Positions 19,944 to 28,365 of a stretch of 32,000 nucleotides of DNA are shown here, piece by piece. Both the position numbers and the translations under genes were made by a program. The stretch's first letter is position 1, and each line of letters begins with the position of its first letter. A model generated the notes under the pieces. It did no database searches and was not told the DNA's origin. It saw only the letters and a program-made list of their open reading frames with translations. The stretch comes from Haloferax volcanii DS2 (lineage in GTDB: Archaea > Halobacteriota > Halobacteria > Halobacteriales > Haloferacaceae): contig NC_013967.1 of NCBI RefSeq assembly GCF_000025685.1, positions 2,760,001 through 2,792,000 on the forward strand, read 5' to 3'.

Positions 19944-21632
19944 CTCGAACGCCGCGACCGGCAGTTCGAGGTCGTGCTCGACGATGACCTTCGGGTGGAG
20001 TTCCCCGACGACGCCGACTTCCTCGCCGTCGATGACGACCGCGGCGGTGCGGCCGTCGATGAACGACGGGTGGTCGGTCGCGGGCGTCTCCAGGTCCGCG
20101 TCGAAGTCGCGGCAGAGCGCCGCGAGGCGGGCCTTCGCGTCCTCGTAGGTCGCGTCGTGACGGGCGAGAACGGCCGCGACGTGGCGGGCCTCGGCGACGC
20201 GGGTGTTCTCGTCGTCGTCGCGGTGGGCCACGTGGCCGATTTCCGCGAGGTCCTGCGGGTACGCCCGGTGGGTGTTGTTCTCCAGCACCATCGTCAGCGA
20301 GGGCAACACCCACGTCCGGAGCATGGTGTAGTCCTCGCTGTACGGTTCGGTGATGGAGGCGGGTTCGCCGCCGCCGAGATAGTCGGAACCGACCTCGACG
20401 TCCATGCGCTCGTAGTTCTCCTCCTCCGAAATCATGTGGAAGTTGAGCAGGTCCTCGAAGCCGAGGCCGACGAGCGAGGTGCGGACGGCGTCTTCGAGTC
20501 GGGAGCGCTCGTGGCGCTGGCCGACCGTCCCCACGTCGGGGTAGCGCGGTTCGAGTTCGTTGAAGCCGTAGGCGCGGCCCACGTCGTCGACGAGGTCGAG
20601 CGGGTGGAGCACGTCGACGCGGTACGGCGGAATGGAGACCTCGTAGACGGTTTCTTCGCCCAGTTCGGCGTTCGCGTCGAGGCCGGAGCGCTCGAACAGG
20701 TCGATGACCTCGTCCAGTTCCAACTCGACGCCGAGGACCGTCTCGATGCGGTCGTGAGAGACGTGTTTCGTCTCGACTTCGAAGTCGGGCTTCGTGACGG
20801 TGCCCGTCTCGTACTGGACCTCGACCTCCTCGATGGTCGCCCCGCGGGCGGCCAGCGCGTAGCAGATGATGTTGCACATCCGGTCGATGGTCCACTGGTC
20901 AGTGCCGGTGAGTTCGACGAGCAGGTCGCGGGAGTCCGTCGAAACCTCGGTCCGACGGCCGTTGATGACCGGCGGGAACGAAAACAGGCCGATTTCGTCG
21001 TAGATGGCCGGATAGCGGTCGTACTCGCTCACGAGGTCGGCGTACTTCCGACCCGTCGCGTGCTGTTCGAGCACCTCGGCGGGCGTGAGTTCGTCGTTGG
21101 AGTCGAGCGCGACGAACGTGTCGCCGTCGGGGTCGATACCGGTGTACGTGATGGAGTTGCCGGAGGCGTTCTCCGAGAGCACGTCGCCTTTCAGCATCGT
21201 CAGGTCGTGGATGCCGATGGCTCCCTTGGCGCGCTTGCGGCCCATCGTCGCGTGGAGTTTCTCCTGCAACTGGATGAGCGAGTCGAGCGCCGCGTCGTCC
21301 AAGTCGACCCCGCGGACGACCGCGCCCGTGACGTAGGGGCGCTCGTCGGGCACGTCGTCGTCGACGACGAACGTCCAGTCGGGGTCGTTCGTGTTCGGCA
21401 CGGAGACGCCGCGGGCGTCGCCGTACTGGTAGCGAAGCGAGCGGGCGACCCCTTCGACCGACAGGCGATCGAGGCGGTCGGGACCGAACTCGAGTTGGAA
21501 CGCCCCGTCGTCGGTGACGCCCTCGAACTCCAGTCCGAGCGCGAACAGGTCGTCTTTGAACTCCTCGTCGGACTTGTCTTCGTGGCCGGTCAGGCGGCGC
21601 AGTTCGTCGGGTTGAACGTCGACTACGGGCAT
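19920..21632 (-). CDS. pheT: Phenylalanine--tRNA ligase beta subunit
   Basis: I chose the start MPVVDVQPDELRRLTGH, whose ATG overlaps the pheS stop by 1 nt (TAATG). The product is a 570-aa archaeal-type PheRS beta subunit with B3/4- and B5-like regions. Confidence 0.92.
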   Translation of the reverse strand: MPVVDVQPDELRRLTGHEDKSDEEFKDDLFALGLEFEGVTDDGAFQLEFGPDRLDRLSVEGVARSLRYQYGDARGVSVPNTNDPDWTFVVDDDVPDERPYVTGAVVRGVDLDDAALDSLIQLQEKLHATMGRKRAKGAIGIHDLTMLKGDVLSENASGNSITYTGIDPDGDTFVALDSNDELTPAEVLEQHATGRKYADLVSEYDRYPAIYDEIGLFSFPPVINGRRTEVSTDSRDLLVELTGTDQWTIDRMCNIICYALAARGATIEEVEVQYETGTVTKPDFEVETKHVSHDRIETVLGVELELDEVIDLFERSGLDANAELGEETVYEVSIPPYRVDVLHPLDLVDDVGRAYGFNELEPRYPDVGTVGQRHERSRLEDAVRTSLVGLGFEDLLNFHMISEEENYERMDVEVGSDYLGGGEPASITEPYSEDYTMLRTWVLPSLTMVLENNTHRAYPQDLAEIGHVAHRDDDENTRVAEARHVAAVLARHDATYEDAKARLAALCRDFDADLETPATDHPSFIDGRTAAVVIDGEEVGVVGELHPKVIVEHDLELPVAAFEFDLSALA

Positions 21633-23131
21633 TACTTGAGCACCTCCGTCTCGCGGAGCAGGTCGAGGTCGCAGAGCGTTCCGTGCACGTCGCGGATGTC
21701 GTCGAAGCCGTACATGAGCATCAGGAGTCGCTCCAAGGCGAGACCCCACGCCATCACGTCGCACTCGACGCCGAGCGGGCGAAGCACTTCCTCGCGGAAC
21801 ATGCCGGAGTTACCGATTTCGATGAGTTCGCCCGTCTCGGGGTGTCGGCCGAACAGCTCGAACGACGGCTCCGTGTAGGGGTTGTAGTGCGGCTTGAACT
21901 GGATGTCCGTGATGCCGAAGTGGGAGTAGAACTCCTCGAAGGTGCCCATCAGGTCGCGCACCGAGAGGTCCTCGGCCATCACCCAGCCCTCTATCTGGTA
22001 GAACTCCAGCAGGTGCGTCGGGTCGAGCGTGTCGTTGCGGTACACCTTCTCGACCGAGAAGTACCGCTGCGGCGGCTCTAACTCGCCGACCTCGTGGCCC
22101 GAGAGGTAGCGCATCGACAGCGACGTGGTGTGGCCACGGAGCGCGATGGCCCGCGCGAAGTCCTCGGACCACGGCGAGTGGTAGCCGTCGCCGTCCTCGC
22201 CGACGCCGTTGAGGTGGGCGTCGCGGACGCGGTCGATGAGGTCCTCGGGAATGTCCTCCATCGGCGGCACGTCGAGGGCGAAGCGGTCCCAGTGGGTGCG
22301 CGCCGGGTGGTCCTGCGGCATGAACAGACAGTCGTTGATCCAGAAGTCCGCGTCGGCGTGCGGGCCTTCCATCTCGGCGAATCCCATGCCGGTGAGCACG
22401 TCCTTCACGCGGTCGGCGGTCTGCCGGAGGATGTGCTTCTTGCCGCCGCGGGCCTCGGGCGCGTCGGCCTCGACGTTGTACTCGGTGAACTCCACGTCTT
22501 CCCACTCGCCGGAGGTGAGCAGCTCGGGCGTGAGGCGGTCGACCGTCTCCGCCGCCTCGACGCCCTCCATCAGCGCCGTGACGCCCTCGTCTGTGAGGGT
22601 GACGGCGCGGATGGTGCGCTCGTGGCGGACCACGAGGTTCCGCGATTCGAGCTGGTCGAGCACGTCGCCGTCGACGGACTCGCCCGCGGCGAGGGCCGCG
22701 AGCGCGGCGGCCTCCTCGTCGGCGTCGGGGTCAGCGTCCGCGTCGGGCGCGAGTTCGCCCGAGTCGATGTGTCCGTAGCCCTTGCGCGCGAAGTTCGACA
22801 GCGCGATGTCGACCTGCGGGCCGCCGAGGGAGGACGCGCCGATGACCTGTCCCATCGGGACCGCGTCGCCGTCGCCCGCGTCGAGCGCGGCGCGGTAGAG
22901 CCGGACCTCGGGGAGGCCCTCGTCGGCGTACTCGACGCCCTCGTCTGTCAGTTCGACGGACTCCGCCGTGGTCTCTGCGACCGAGACGAGTCCCTCGTCG
23001 CGGAGGTCGAAGACCGCGCCCGTCACCGTCTCGGGCTTCTGGTCCGTCGCCTCCGCGAGCTGTGCAATCGTTCGTTCGTCCGTGGCGCTCGCGGCGTTCA
23101 ACACCGCGACCTGTGATTCCGGAAGTCGCAT
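21632..23131 (-). CDS. pheS: Phenylalanine--tRNA ligase alpha subunit
   Basis: The C-terminal class II catalytic core contains FMPQDHPARTHWDRF, RGHTTSLSMRYL, YFSVEKVYRND and EIGNSGMFREEVL. The N-terminal region is the winged-helix region typical of archaeal PheS. Confidence 0.92.
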   Translation of the reverse strand: MRLPESQVAVLNAASATDERTIAQLAEATDQKPETVTGAVFDLRDEGLVSVAETTAESVELTDEGVEYADEGLPEVRLYRAALDAGDGDAVPMGQVIGASSLGGPQVDIALSNFARKGYGHIDSGELAPDADADPDADEEAAALAALAAGESVDGDVLDQLESRNLVVRHERTIRAVTLTDEGVTALMEGVEAAETVDRLTPELLTSGEWEDVEFTEYNVEADAPEARGGKKHILRQTADRVKDVLTGMGFAEMEGPHADADFWINDCLFMPQDHPARTHWDRFALDVPPMEDIPEDLIDRVRDAHLNGVGEDGDGYHSPWSEDFARAIALRGHTTSLSMRYLSGHEVGELEPPQRYFSVEKVYRNDTLDPTHLLEFYQIEGWVMAEDLSVRDLMGTFEEFYSHFGITDIQFKPHYNPYTEPSFELFGRHPETGELIEIGNSGMFREEVLRPLGVECDVMAWGLALERLLMLMYGFDDIRDVHGTLCDLDLLRETEVLK

Positions 23132-23410
23132 CTGGTTCGTTGTGGCGTTAGCCGTCTGGTGGTCGGTTAGCAGTTTCGAAGCCTCGCCGCGCTGGCGGGG
23201 CTGACCGGCGGGGTCGGTTTCGTCCGGCGGGCGCGGTGACGCCCGGCCGGAGTCCGCCGACCTCAGGCGGTCAGAAAGAAAACTCCGAACCCGTCGGTGG
23301 TCGGTTCGCTCGCTCGCGCCCCGCGCTTGGGTTCGGATACCATATGCGACCGATTGTGAGTGCCGAGTAAAAACGTTCCGCGTCGGCGCCGCGCCGCCCG
23401 ACGAGCGCTC

Positions 23411-24409
23411 CTACGCGACGTTCCGCTCGCGGAGCGTCTCGCCCGACTCGAACCGGTCGAGCGACAGCGCCGACACGTCCACCTCGCAGGCGTCCTCGCC
23501 GAGACCCAGGTCGGCGACGGCCTCGCCCGTGGCGGGCGCGTGCTGGAAGCCGTGGCCCGAAAAGCCCGCGGCGACGACGAGACCGGGGGCCGCCTCGTCC
23601 AGAATCGCGTGGTGGTCGGGCGTCACGGCGTACGGCCCGGCCCAACCGTTCCGAATCCGCGTCTCCGGGCCGAAGTAGGCCGCGGCGTCGTCGGTCCGCT
23701 CGGTCGCTTCCACCGCCCACTCCACGTCCATCGACTCGTCGAATCGGTCGGGGTCCACGTCGGGGTCCGACGCCGAGAAGTGCCCGCCGACGATGGCGGT
23801 CCCCCCCCGTTCCGGCCGGAAGTACGCCCCCGTGTCGAGGTCGATGGTCAGCGGGGCGTCCGCGGGGAGGTCCCCCTCGGGTTCGACGACGGCTATCTGT
23901 CGGCGGCGCGGCGCGAGTGGGAGGTCGACGCCGGCGGCGCGGACCGCGTCCGAGTAGCCCTGCACCGCGGAGTGCGGGTCTGCGACGCCGTCGGCCGCCG
24001 AGAACGTCGCCGCGACGAACGACTCGGTTCGGAACTCCGGGAGGTACTCGGCGGCCTCCGCGGGCGAGAGGACGCGACTCGGCGCGCCCGCGTCGGTCTG
24101 CATGGCGACGTTTTCGCGGAACGCCGCGGCGGTCGCCTCGGTCCGGGCGAGAAAGAGGTAGCCCGAACGCCGGTAGTCGATGTCGACGCCGAACTCGTCC
24201 GCGAAGGACTCCCAGACTGGGACGCTTGCGAGCGAGAGGTCGACGTTCACGCGCGTCGAGAACTGCGTTCGGATGCCGCCCGCCGCGCGACCCGTGCTAC
24301 CGCCGCCGAGCGTCCCCGCCTCGCAGACGGTGACCTCGGCCCCGCGACCGGCCAGCGCGTGGGCGCAGGCGAGTCCGACGACCCCGCCGCCGACGATGAG
24401 GACGTGCAT
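23411..24409 (-). CDS. FAD-dependent oxidoreductase of the DAO family (sarcosine/glycine/D-amino-acid oxidase-like)
   Basis: The N-terminal dinucleotide fold is MHVLIVGGGVVGLACAHALAGRGAEVTVCE. The C-terminal motif is GFSGHGFQHAPATGEAVADL. At 332 aa it is somewhat short for the family. Confidence 0.85.
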   Translation of the reverse strand: MHVLIVGGGVVGLACAHALAGRGAEVTVCEAGTLGGGSTGRAAGGIRTQFSTRVNVDLSLASVPVWESFADEFGVDIDYRRSGYLFLARTEATAAAFRENVAMQTDAGAPSRVLSPAEAAEYLPEFRTESFVAATFSAADGVADPHSAVQGYSDAVRAAGVDLPLAPRRRQIAVVEPEGDLPADAPLTIDLDTGAYFRPERGGTAIVGGHFSASDPDVDPDRFDESMDVEWAVEATERTDDAAAYFGPETRIRNGWAGPYAVTPDHHAILDEAAPGLVVAAGFSGHGFQHAPATGEAVADLGLGEDACEVDVSALSLDRFESGETLRERNVA

Positions 24410-24500
24410 GGTCGTGTCTGATTCGCCACCGACATGAGTGTGTCTGTCACATACTGTCGAGGGTCACTGTTTTCACGCGGCCGCGGAGAGTAGTTCGGGT

Positions 24501-25550
24501 ATGGTCCGTATTCTCTCCGCCGACGCCGTCGGCGAGTTACTCTCGCTCGCGGAGCTGTTCCCGGTCGTCGAGGAGGCGTTCGTCAAGCAGGGCCGCGGCG
24601 AGGTCGAACGCCCGCCACGGCCGCACTTTCCGGTGGGTATCGACACCGACAGAGTCCGGGACGGGACGAACGGAAACGGCGTCGCGAGCGCGGGAACGGA
24701 AACGCGCTCGGGTTCGGAACCGACGGAGCAGGACGGCCCGCTCGGCACCGGCCTCACCATGCCGGCGTACATCCACGGCCGCGAGGTGTACGCGACGAAG
24801 CTCGCGGCCGTCCACCCGGAAAACTGCGCTCACGGCCTTCCGACGGTGAACGCGCAGGTCGTCCTCACCGACGCGACGACCGGTCTCCCGCTCGCGCTCC
24901 TCGACGGGACGACGATTACCAGCGCCCGGACGGGCTGTATCGGCGGGCTCGCCGCGGAGTCCCTCGGGACCGACCCGGTCCGCCTGGGCGTCCTCGGCGC
25001 GGGCGCGCAGGCCCGCTGGCAGAGCCGCGCTATCGCCGTCGGCTCCGCGGTCGAGTCGGTCCGCGTCTACTCCCCGAGCGACTCCCGCGAGGCGTGCGCC
25101 GCCGACCTCCGTGAGGACGGCATCCCCGCCGAGGCCGTCGATTCCCCCGAAGCGGCCGTCTCCGGCGCGAACGTCGTCGTCACCGCGACGACCAGCGAGA
25201 CGCCCGTCTTCGACGGCTCGTGGCTCGACCCCGGAACGCTCGTCGTCGCCGTCGGAGCCTACACGCCCGAGGCGCGCGAACTCGACGCCGAGACGTTCGA
25301 GCGAGCCGCGCGGGTGTTCGCCGACGTGCCCGGGGAAGTGGCCGACATCGGTGACGTTCGCGGGGCCGGCATCGACGAATCCGACCTGCTTCCGCTCTCG
25401 GCCGTCTTCGAGGGCGACGCCGGCCGCGAGAGCGACGACGAGATTCTGGTGGTCGAGAGCGTCGGGTCGGCGGTGCTCGACGCCGCGACCGCCGAGTACC
25501 TCTACGAGAAGTCGAACGCCCGCGGCGTGGGAGAAGAAGTGGGGTTGTGA
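24501..25550 (+). CDS. Ornithine cyclodeaminase/mu-crystallin family protein (archaeal alanine dehydrogenase-like)
   Basis: It aligns by eye with the Archaeoglobus OCD-type alanine dehydrogenase (GLPTV.A...L.D..TG.PLA..D.T..TS.RTG..GG.AA; GAG.QA; V.TTS..PV; GA....ELD). I chose ATG 24501 (MVRILSADAV). Confidence 0.85.
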   Translation: MVRILSADAVGELLSLAELFPVVEEAFVKQGRGEVERPPRPHFPVGIDTDRVRDGTNGNGVASAGTETRSGSEPTEQDGPLGTGLTMPAYIHGREVYATKLAAVHPENCAHGLPTVNAQVVLTDATTGLPLALLDGTTITSARTGCIGGLAAESLGTDPVRLGVLGAGAQARWQSRAIAVGSAVESVRVYSPSDSREACAADLREDGIPAEAVDSPEAAVSGANVVVTATTSETPVFDGSWLDPGTLVVAVGAYTPEARELDAETFERAARVFADVPGEVADIGDVRGAGIDESDLLPLSAVFEGDAGRESDDEILVVESVGSAVLDAATAEYLYEKSNARGVGEEVGL

Positions 25551-25574
25551 GCGGTCGGTAGTGTTGCCGCCTCA

Positions 25575-27164
25575 CTAATGTTCGGCCGCCACTCCCCGCC
25601 GCTCCGTCTCTAAGTCGATGTCCAGCGAATCGAGGACTTCCGCGGCCTCCTCGCGCTTTTCGTGGTGGTCTTCGAGGAACTCCCGCATCATCGTCGCCGC
25701 CTGCTCCTTGCAGCCGCCGCAGAGGCGCTCGCCGCCGACGCACTCGTCGTAGACCTCCTTTGCGAGTTCGTCGTCGTCGCCCGTCAGCAGGTAGGCGTAC
25801 AGCTCGTACACCGGACACTTGTCGGCCTCGCCGCCGAGTTCGCGCTGTTCGTCGGCGGTGTCGCGGCCGCCGGTCGTCGCCGACTTCACCTTGTCGTAGC
25901 CCTCCTCGGGCGCGTCGAGAAGAGAGATGTGGCTCGCCGGAATCGACGACGACATCTTGCCGCCGGTGAGGCCGGTCATGAAGCGGTGGTAGATAGAGGA
26001 CGGCGCGATGAAACCGTAGCCGCCGTGATGGGCCTCGACCTCGCGGGCGAGGTCTTCGGCCTCGTCGACGTCCATGTCGAACGCGTCGATGTGCTGGTCG
26101 TACCGGCGCTTTTCGCCCTCGATGTCCTCGATGAGCGCCTCGAACGCCTCGTCGGTCGCCTGCCGCGCGAAGAACCGAATCCGCGGGCGGAGCGGTTCCA
26201 TCCCGGCGTTTTCGAGCTTCTCGACCGCCGATTCGCGGACCGACTCGGAAACGAGCACGCCGGCCGCGTCGAGGTCGGCGTCGGCGAGCCACTCGGCCGC
26301 CTCGCCGCACCGCGGCATGTCGGCGTCCTCGGCGTACGCCTCGCGGGCGTCGTGGGCGGCCGCGACGAGCGGGCGCTCGGCGTCGTCGAGTTCGAAGCTC
26401 GCGAACGCCTCGGTCACCTTGAAGAATCGCATCCGGATGGCGAGGTCGCGGGCGAACCGGACGTGGGGGTCCTGGTCGGGGCCGACCGGGATGACCGTCG
26501 GCTTGGGGTCGTCCAACTGCGGGTAGAGGATGTCGGCCATCTGCGTGACGACCGACTGCATGTGCGAGACGTTGGTCTCGCCGTCGAAGCCGTAGATGGA
26601 CTGGAACTCCGAGAAGTTGGCCTTCCCACCGAGTTCGAACGCGAGCCGCTGGAGGCGGTCGTTGTCCGACTGTCGGTAGAGTTCGCCCTCCTCGGGGTCG
26701 AACCCGAGCGCGATGAGCGACAGCAGGTAGTCGCGGCTGTGCTCGTTGATTTCGTCCCACGGGATGCCGCGGGCGGAGTGCGCCTCCATGTCGGCGATGA
26801 GGCCGTAGGCGTCGCCGCCCTGCTCTTGATGCCAGATTATCTCGTCGAAGACGAGCTTGTGGCCGATGTGGGGGTCGCCCGTCGGCATGAAGCCCGAGAG
26901 GACGGCGAAGTCGTCGCCGTTTCGCATGGCGTCGAGGACCGGCCGGTAGTCGCGGTGGCCGAAGATGACCCCGCGGCGCATCAGGTAGTGCGGGTTCGGC
27001 ACCTCGTCGAGCACCTCGTCGAACTCCTCGATACCGAACTCCTCGAACAGCTTCCGGTAGTCGGAGACGGTCGACGAGCCCCACGGGTCGAGGGCGACGT
27101 CATCTGCTCCCTCTGCTGTGCCTCCATCGGTGCGGATGCGCTCCGCGGGTTCGTCGTCTGTCAT
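25575..27164 (-). CDS. trpS: Tryptophan--tRNA ligase (long haloarchaeal form, 529 aa)
   Basis: This is a class Ic synthetase with GFMPTGDPHIGHKLV (HIGH) and GGKMSSS (KMSKS-like). I chose the start MTDDEPAERI at 27164, which overlaps the endA stop (ATGA). Confidence 0.92.
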   Translation of the reverse strand: MTDDEPAERIRTDGGTAEGADDVALDPWGSSTVSDYRKLFEEFGIEEFDEVLDEVPNPHYLMRRGVIFGHRDYRPVLDAMRNGDDFAVLSGFMPTGDPHIGHKLVFDEIIWHQEQGGDAYGLIADMEAHSARGIPWDEINEHSRDYLLSLIALGFDPEEGELYRQSDNDRLQRLAFELGGKANFSEFQSIYGFDGETNVSHMQSVVTQMADILYPQLDDPKPTVIPVGPDQDPHVRFARDLAIRMRFFKVTEAFASFELDDAERPLVAAAHDAREAYAEDADMPRCGEAAEWLADADLDAAGVLVSESVRESAVEKLENAGMEPLRPRIRFFARQATDEAFEALIEDIEGEKRRYDQHIDAFDMDVDEAEDLAREVEAHHGGYGFIAPSSIYHRFMTGLTGGKMSSSIPASHISLLDAPEEGYDKVKSATTGGRDTADEQRELGGEADKCPVYELYAYLLTGDDDELAKEVYDECVGGERLCGGCKEQAATMMREFLEDHHEKREEAAEVLDSLDIDLETERRGVAAEH

Positions 27165-28180
27165 GGTGTGAGCCGACTGACCGAAAGCCAGTCTATCTCT
27201 CCGTTGTCGTCGGTCAGCGCAAAAACCATTCGCTTGCGGACACCGCCGGCGAGGCGCACGTCGAGCGAGAGGTCCCGCGGGACGAACGTGTGGTCGGGCG
27301 CGACCACGCGCACGAGGAACTCGGAGTGCGAGAGGTCGTCGACCGACTCGAACTCGGTGTAGACGCGGAAGTCCGAGCCGAACTTGAAGCCGCTCTTCGG
27401 GACCGTCTTGGCCTCCCTGAGCGCGGCGTACACCGCGAGTCGACGGTCGAACCGGTCGCCCTCCACGTCGCGGCCGCGGGAGACAACGTCGGCCTCGTCG
27501 ATGGCGAGCGCGTCGGCGCGGGCGAGGTAGGCGGCTTCCAGCAGCGACAGTTGGAGCGGGCCGCTGTCGGCGTTTCTGCCGTACAGGCGCTGGCCGAAGA
27601 AGCCGCGCTGGTAGAGGCGGTCGACGCCGTCCCAGACGAGCGCGCGGTCCGAGAGGAGTTCCGCGTCGAGGTCGGCCGGGAGGTCCTCTGCGGCCGTCCC
27701 CTCGGGGTCGTCCCCCTCGGTGTCGAAGTACGTCAGGTCGCCGTCCTCGTCGACGATGGCGAGGACCACCTCGCCGAGCGACGAGACGGGGATACTCTCG
27801 CGCTCGCCGACGACGCGGACCCGGTGTTCGACCTCGCCGTCCCACGGACCCTTCCCGCGGGGGTAGACGAGGAAATCCGCGTCAGCGGCGTCCGCGACGC
27901 CGGGCCAGCCCTCGCGGGCGGGCGAGAGGTAGAACCCGCGGTCGCGGAGGTCTTTGTAGACGACGAAGTCGAGGGTGGTCCCGGTGCGCGCGAGGAGTTC
28001 GCGCAGGCCCATCCCGTCCACGCCGTCGATGTCGTCCCGCGAGAGCAGGTGGGCGGCCTCGACGGGCGCGACCTCGAGGTCGTCGCCGCCGGTGGGTCTC
28101 CCGTAGCCGCGGGAGTCGTGGAACCGCTGTCGAGCGTCGCCCGGGAGATGGACGACGCCGTCTTCGAGGCGTCCTTGCAT
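27161..28180 (-). CDS. endA: tRNA-splicing (bulge-helix-bulge) endonuclease, tandem-repeat homodimeric type
   Basis: The 339-aa product has two EndA-like repeats. The C-terminal catalytic repeat contains LAVYAALREAKTVPKSGFKFGSDFRVY...HSEFLVRVV...RLAGGVRKRMVFA (conserved Tyr/His/Lys context). I chose the start MQGRLEDGVVHL at 28180. Confidence 0.9.
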   Translation of the reverse strand: MQGRLEDGVVHLPGDARQRFHDSRGYGRPTGGDDLEVAPVEAAHLLSRDDIDGVDGMGLRELLARTGTTLDFVVYKDLRDRGFYLSPAREGWPGVADAADADFLVYPRGKGPWDGEVEHRVRVVGERESIPVSSLGEVVLAIVDEDGDLTYFDTEGDDPEGTAAEDLPADLDAELLSDRALVWDGVDRLYQRGFFGQRLYGRNADSGPLQLSLLEAAYLARADALAIDEADVVSRGRDVEGDRFDRRLAVYAALREAKTVPKSGFKFGSDFRVYTEFESVDDLSHSEFLVRVVAPDHTFVPRDLSLDVRLAGGVRKRMVFALTDDNGEIDWLSVSRLTP

Positions 28181-28365
28181 ACCAGAACCGGGGCGCGGCG
28201 ACGACAAAGGGCCTGCGATGCCGGCGGCGCGGCCCGCGGGGGCGTCGGAGCGGCGGCCGTCGCCGCCACCGGTTCGTCGCGGTCGCGGCCCCGACCCCGG
28301 ACGCACCCCTCGCGGCCGGCCGTGTCGCCAGCGACGGGGCCACGCTCGCCGCCCCTCGTCTCGAC

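Noticed and set aside
19725-21878. 717-aa plus-strand ORF antisense to pheT
   Set aside because: pheT on the opposite strand has unambiguous homology. The plus-strand product is low-complexity and Val/Arg/Gly/Asp-rich.
23283-23334. 8-bp inverted repeat CCGAACCC...GGGTTCGG with a 36-nt loop, in the FAD-oxidoreductase/pheS gap
   Set aside because: The loop is long and the stem short, and no covarying or repeated partner exists elsewhere in the window. An adjacent T-rich tract (GTTTTCTTTCTG, minus strand) may simply be a terminator. The evidence is too weak to call a structured RNA.
23801-23808. C8 homopolymer (G8 on the coding strand) inside the FAD oxidoreductase gene, a possible frameshift or phase-variation site
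   Set aside because: The reading frame is intact through it (…RPERGGTAIVGG…), and conserved family motifs occur on both sides. There is no evidence of a pseudogene.
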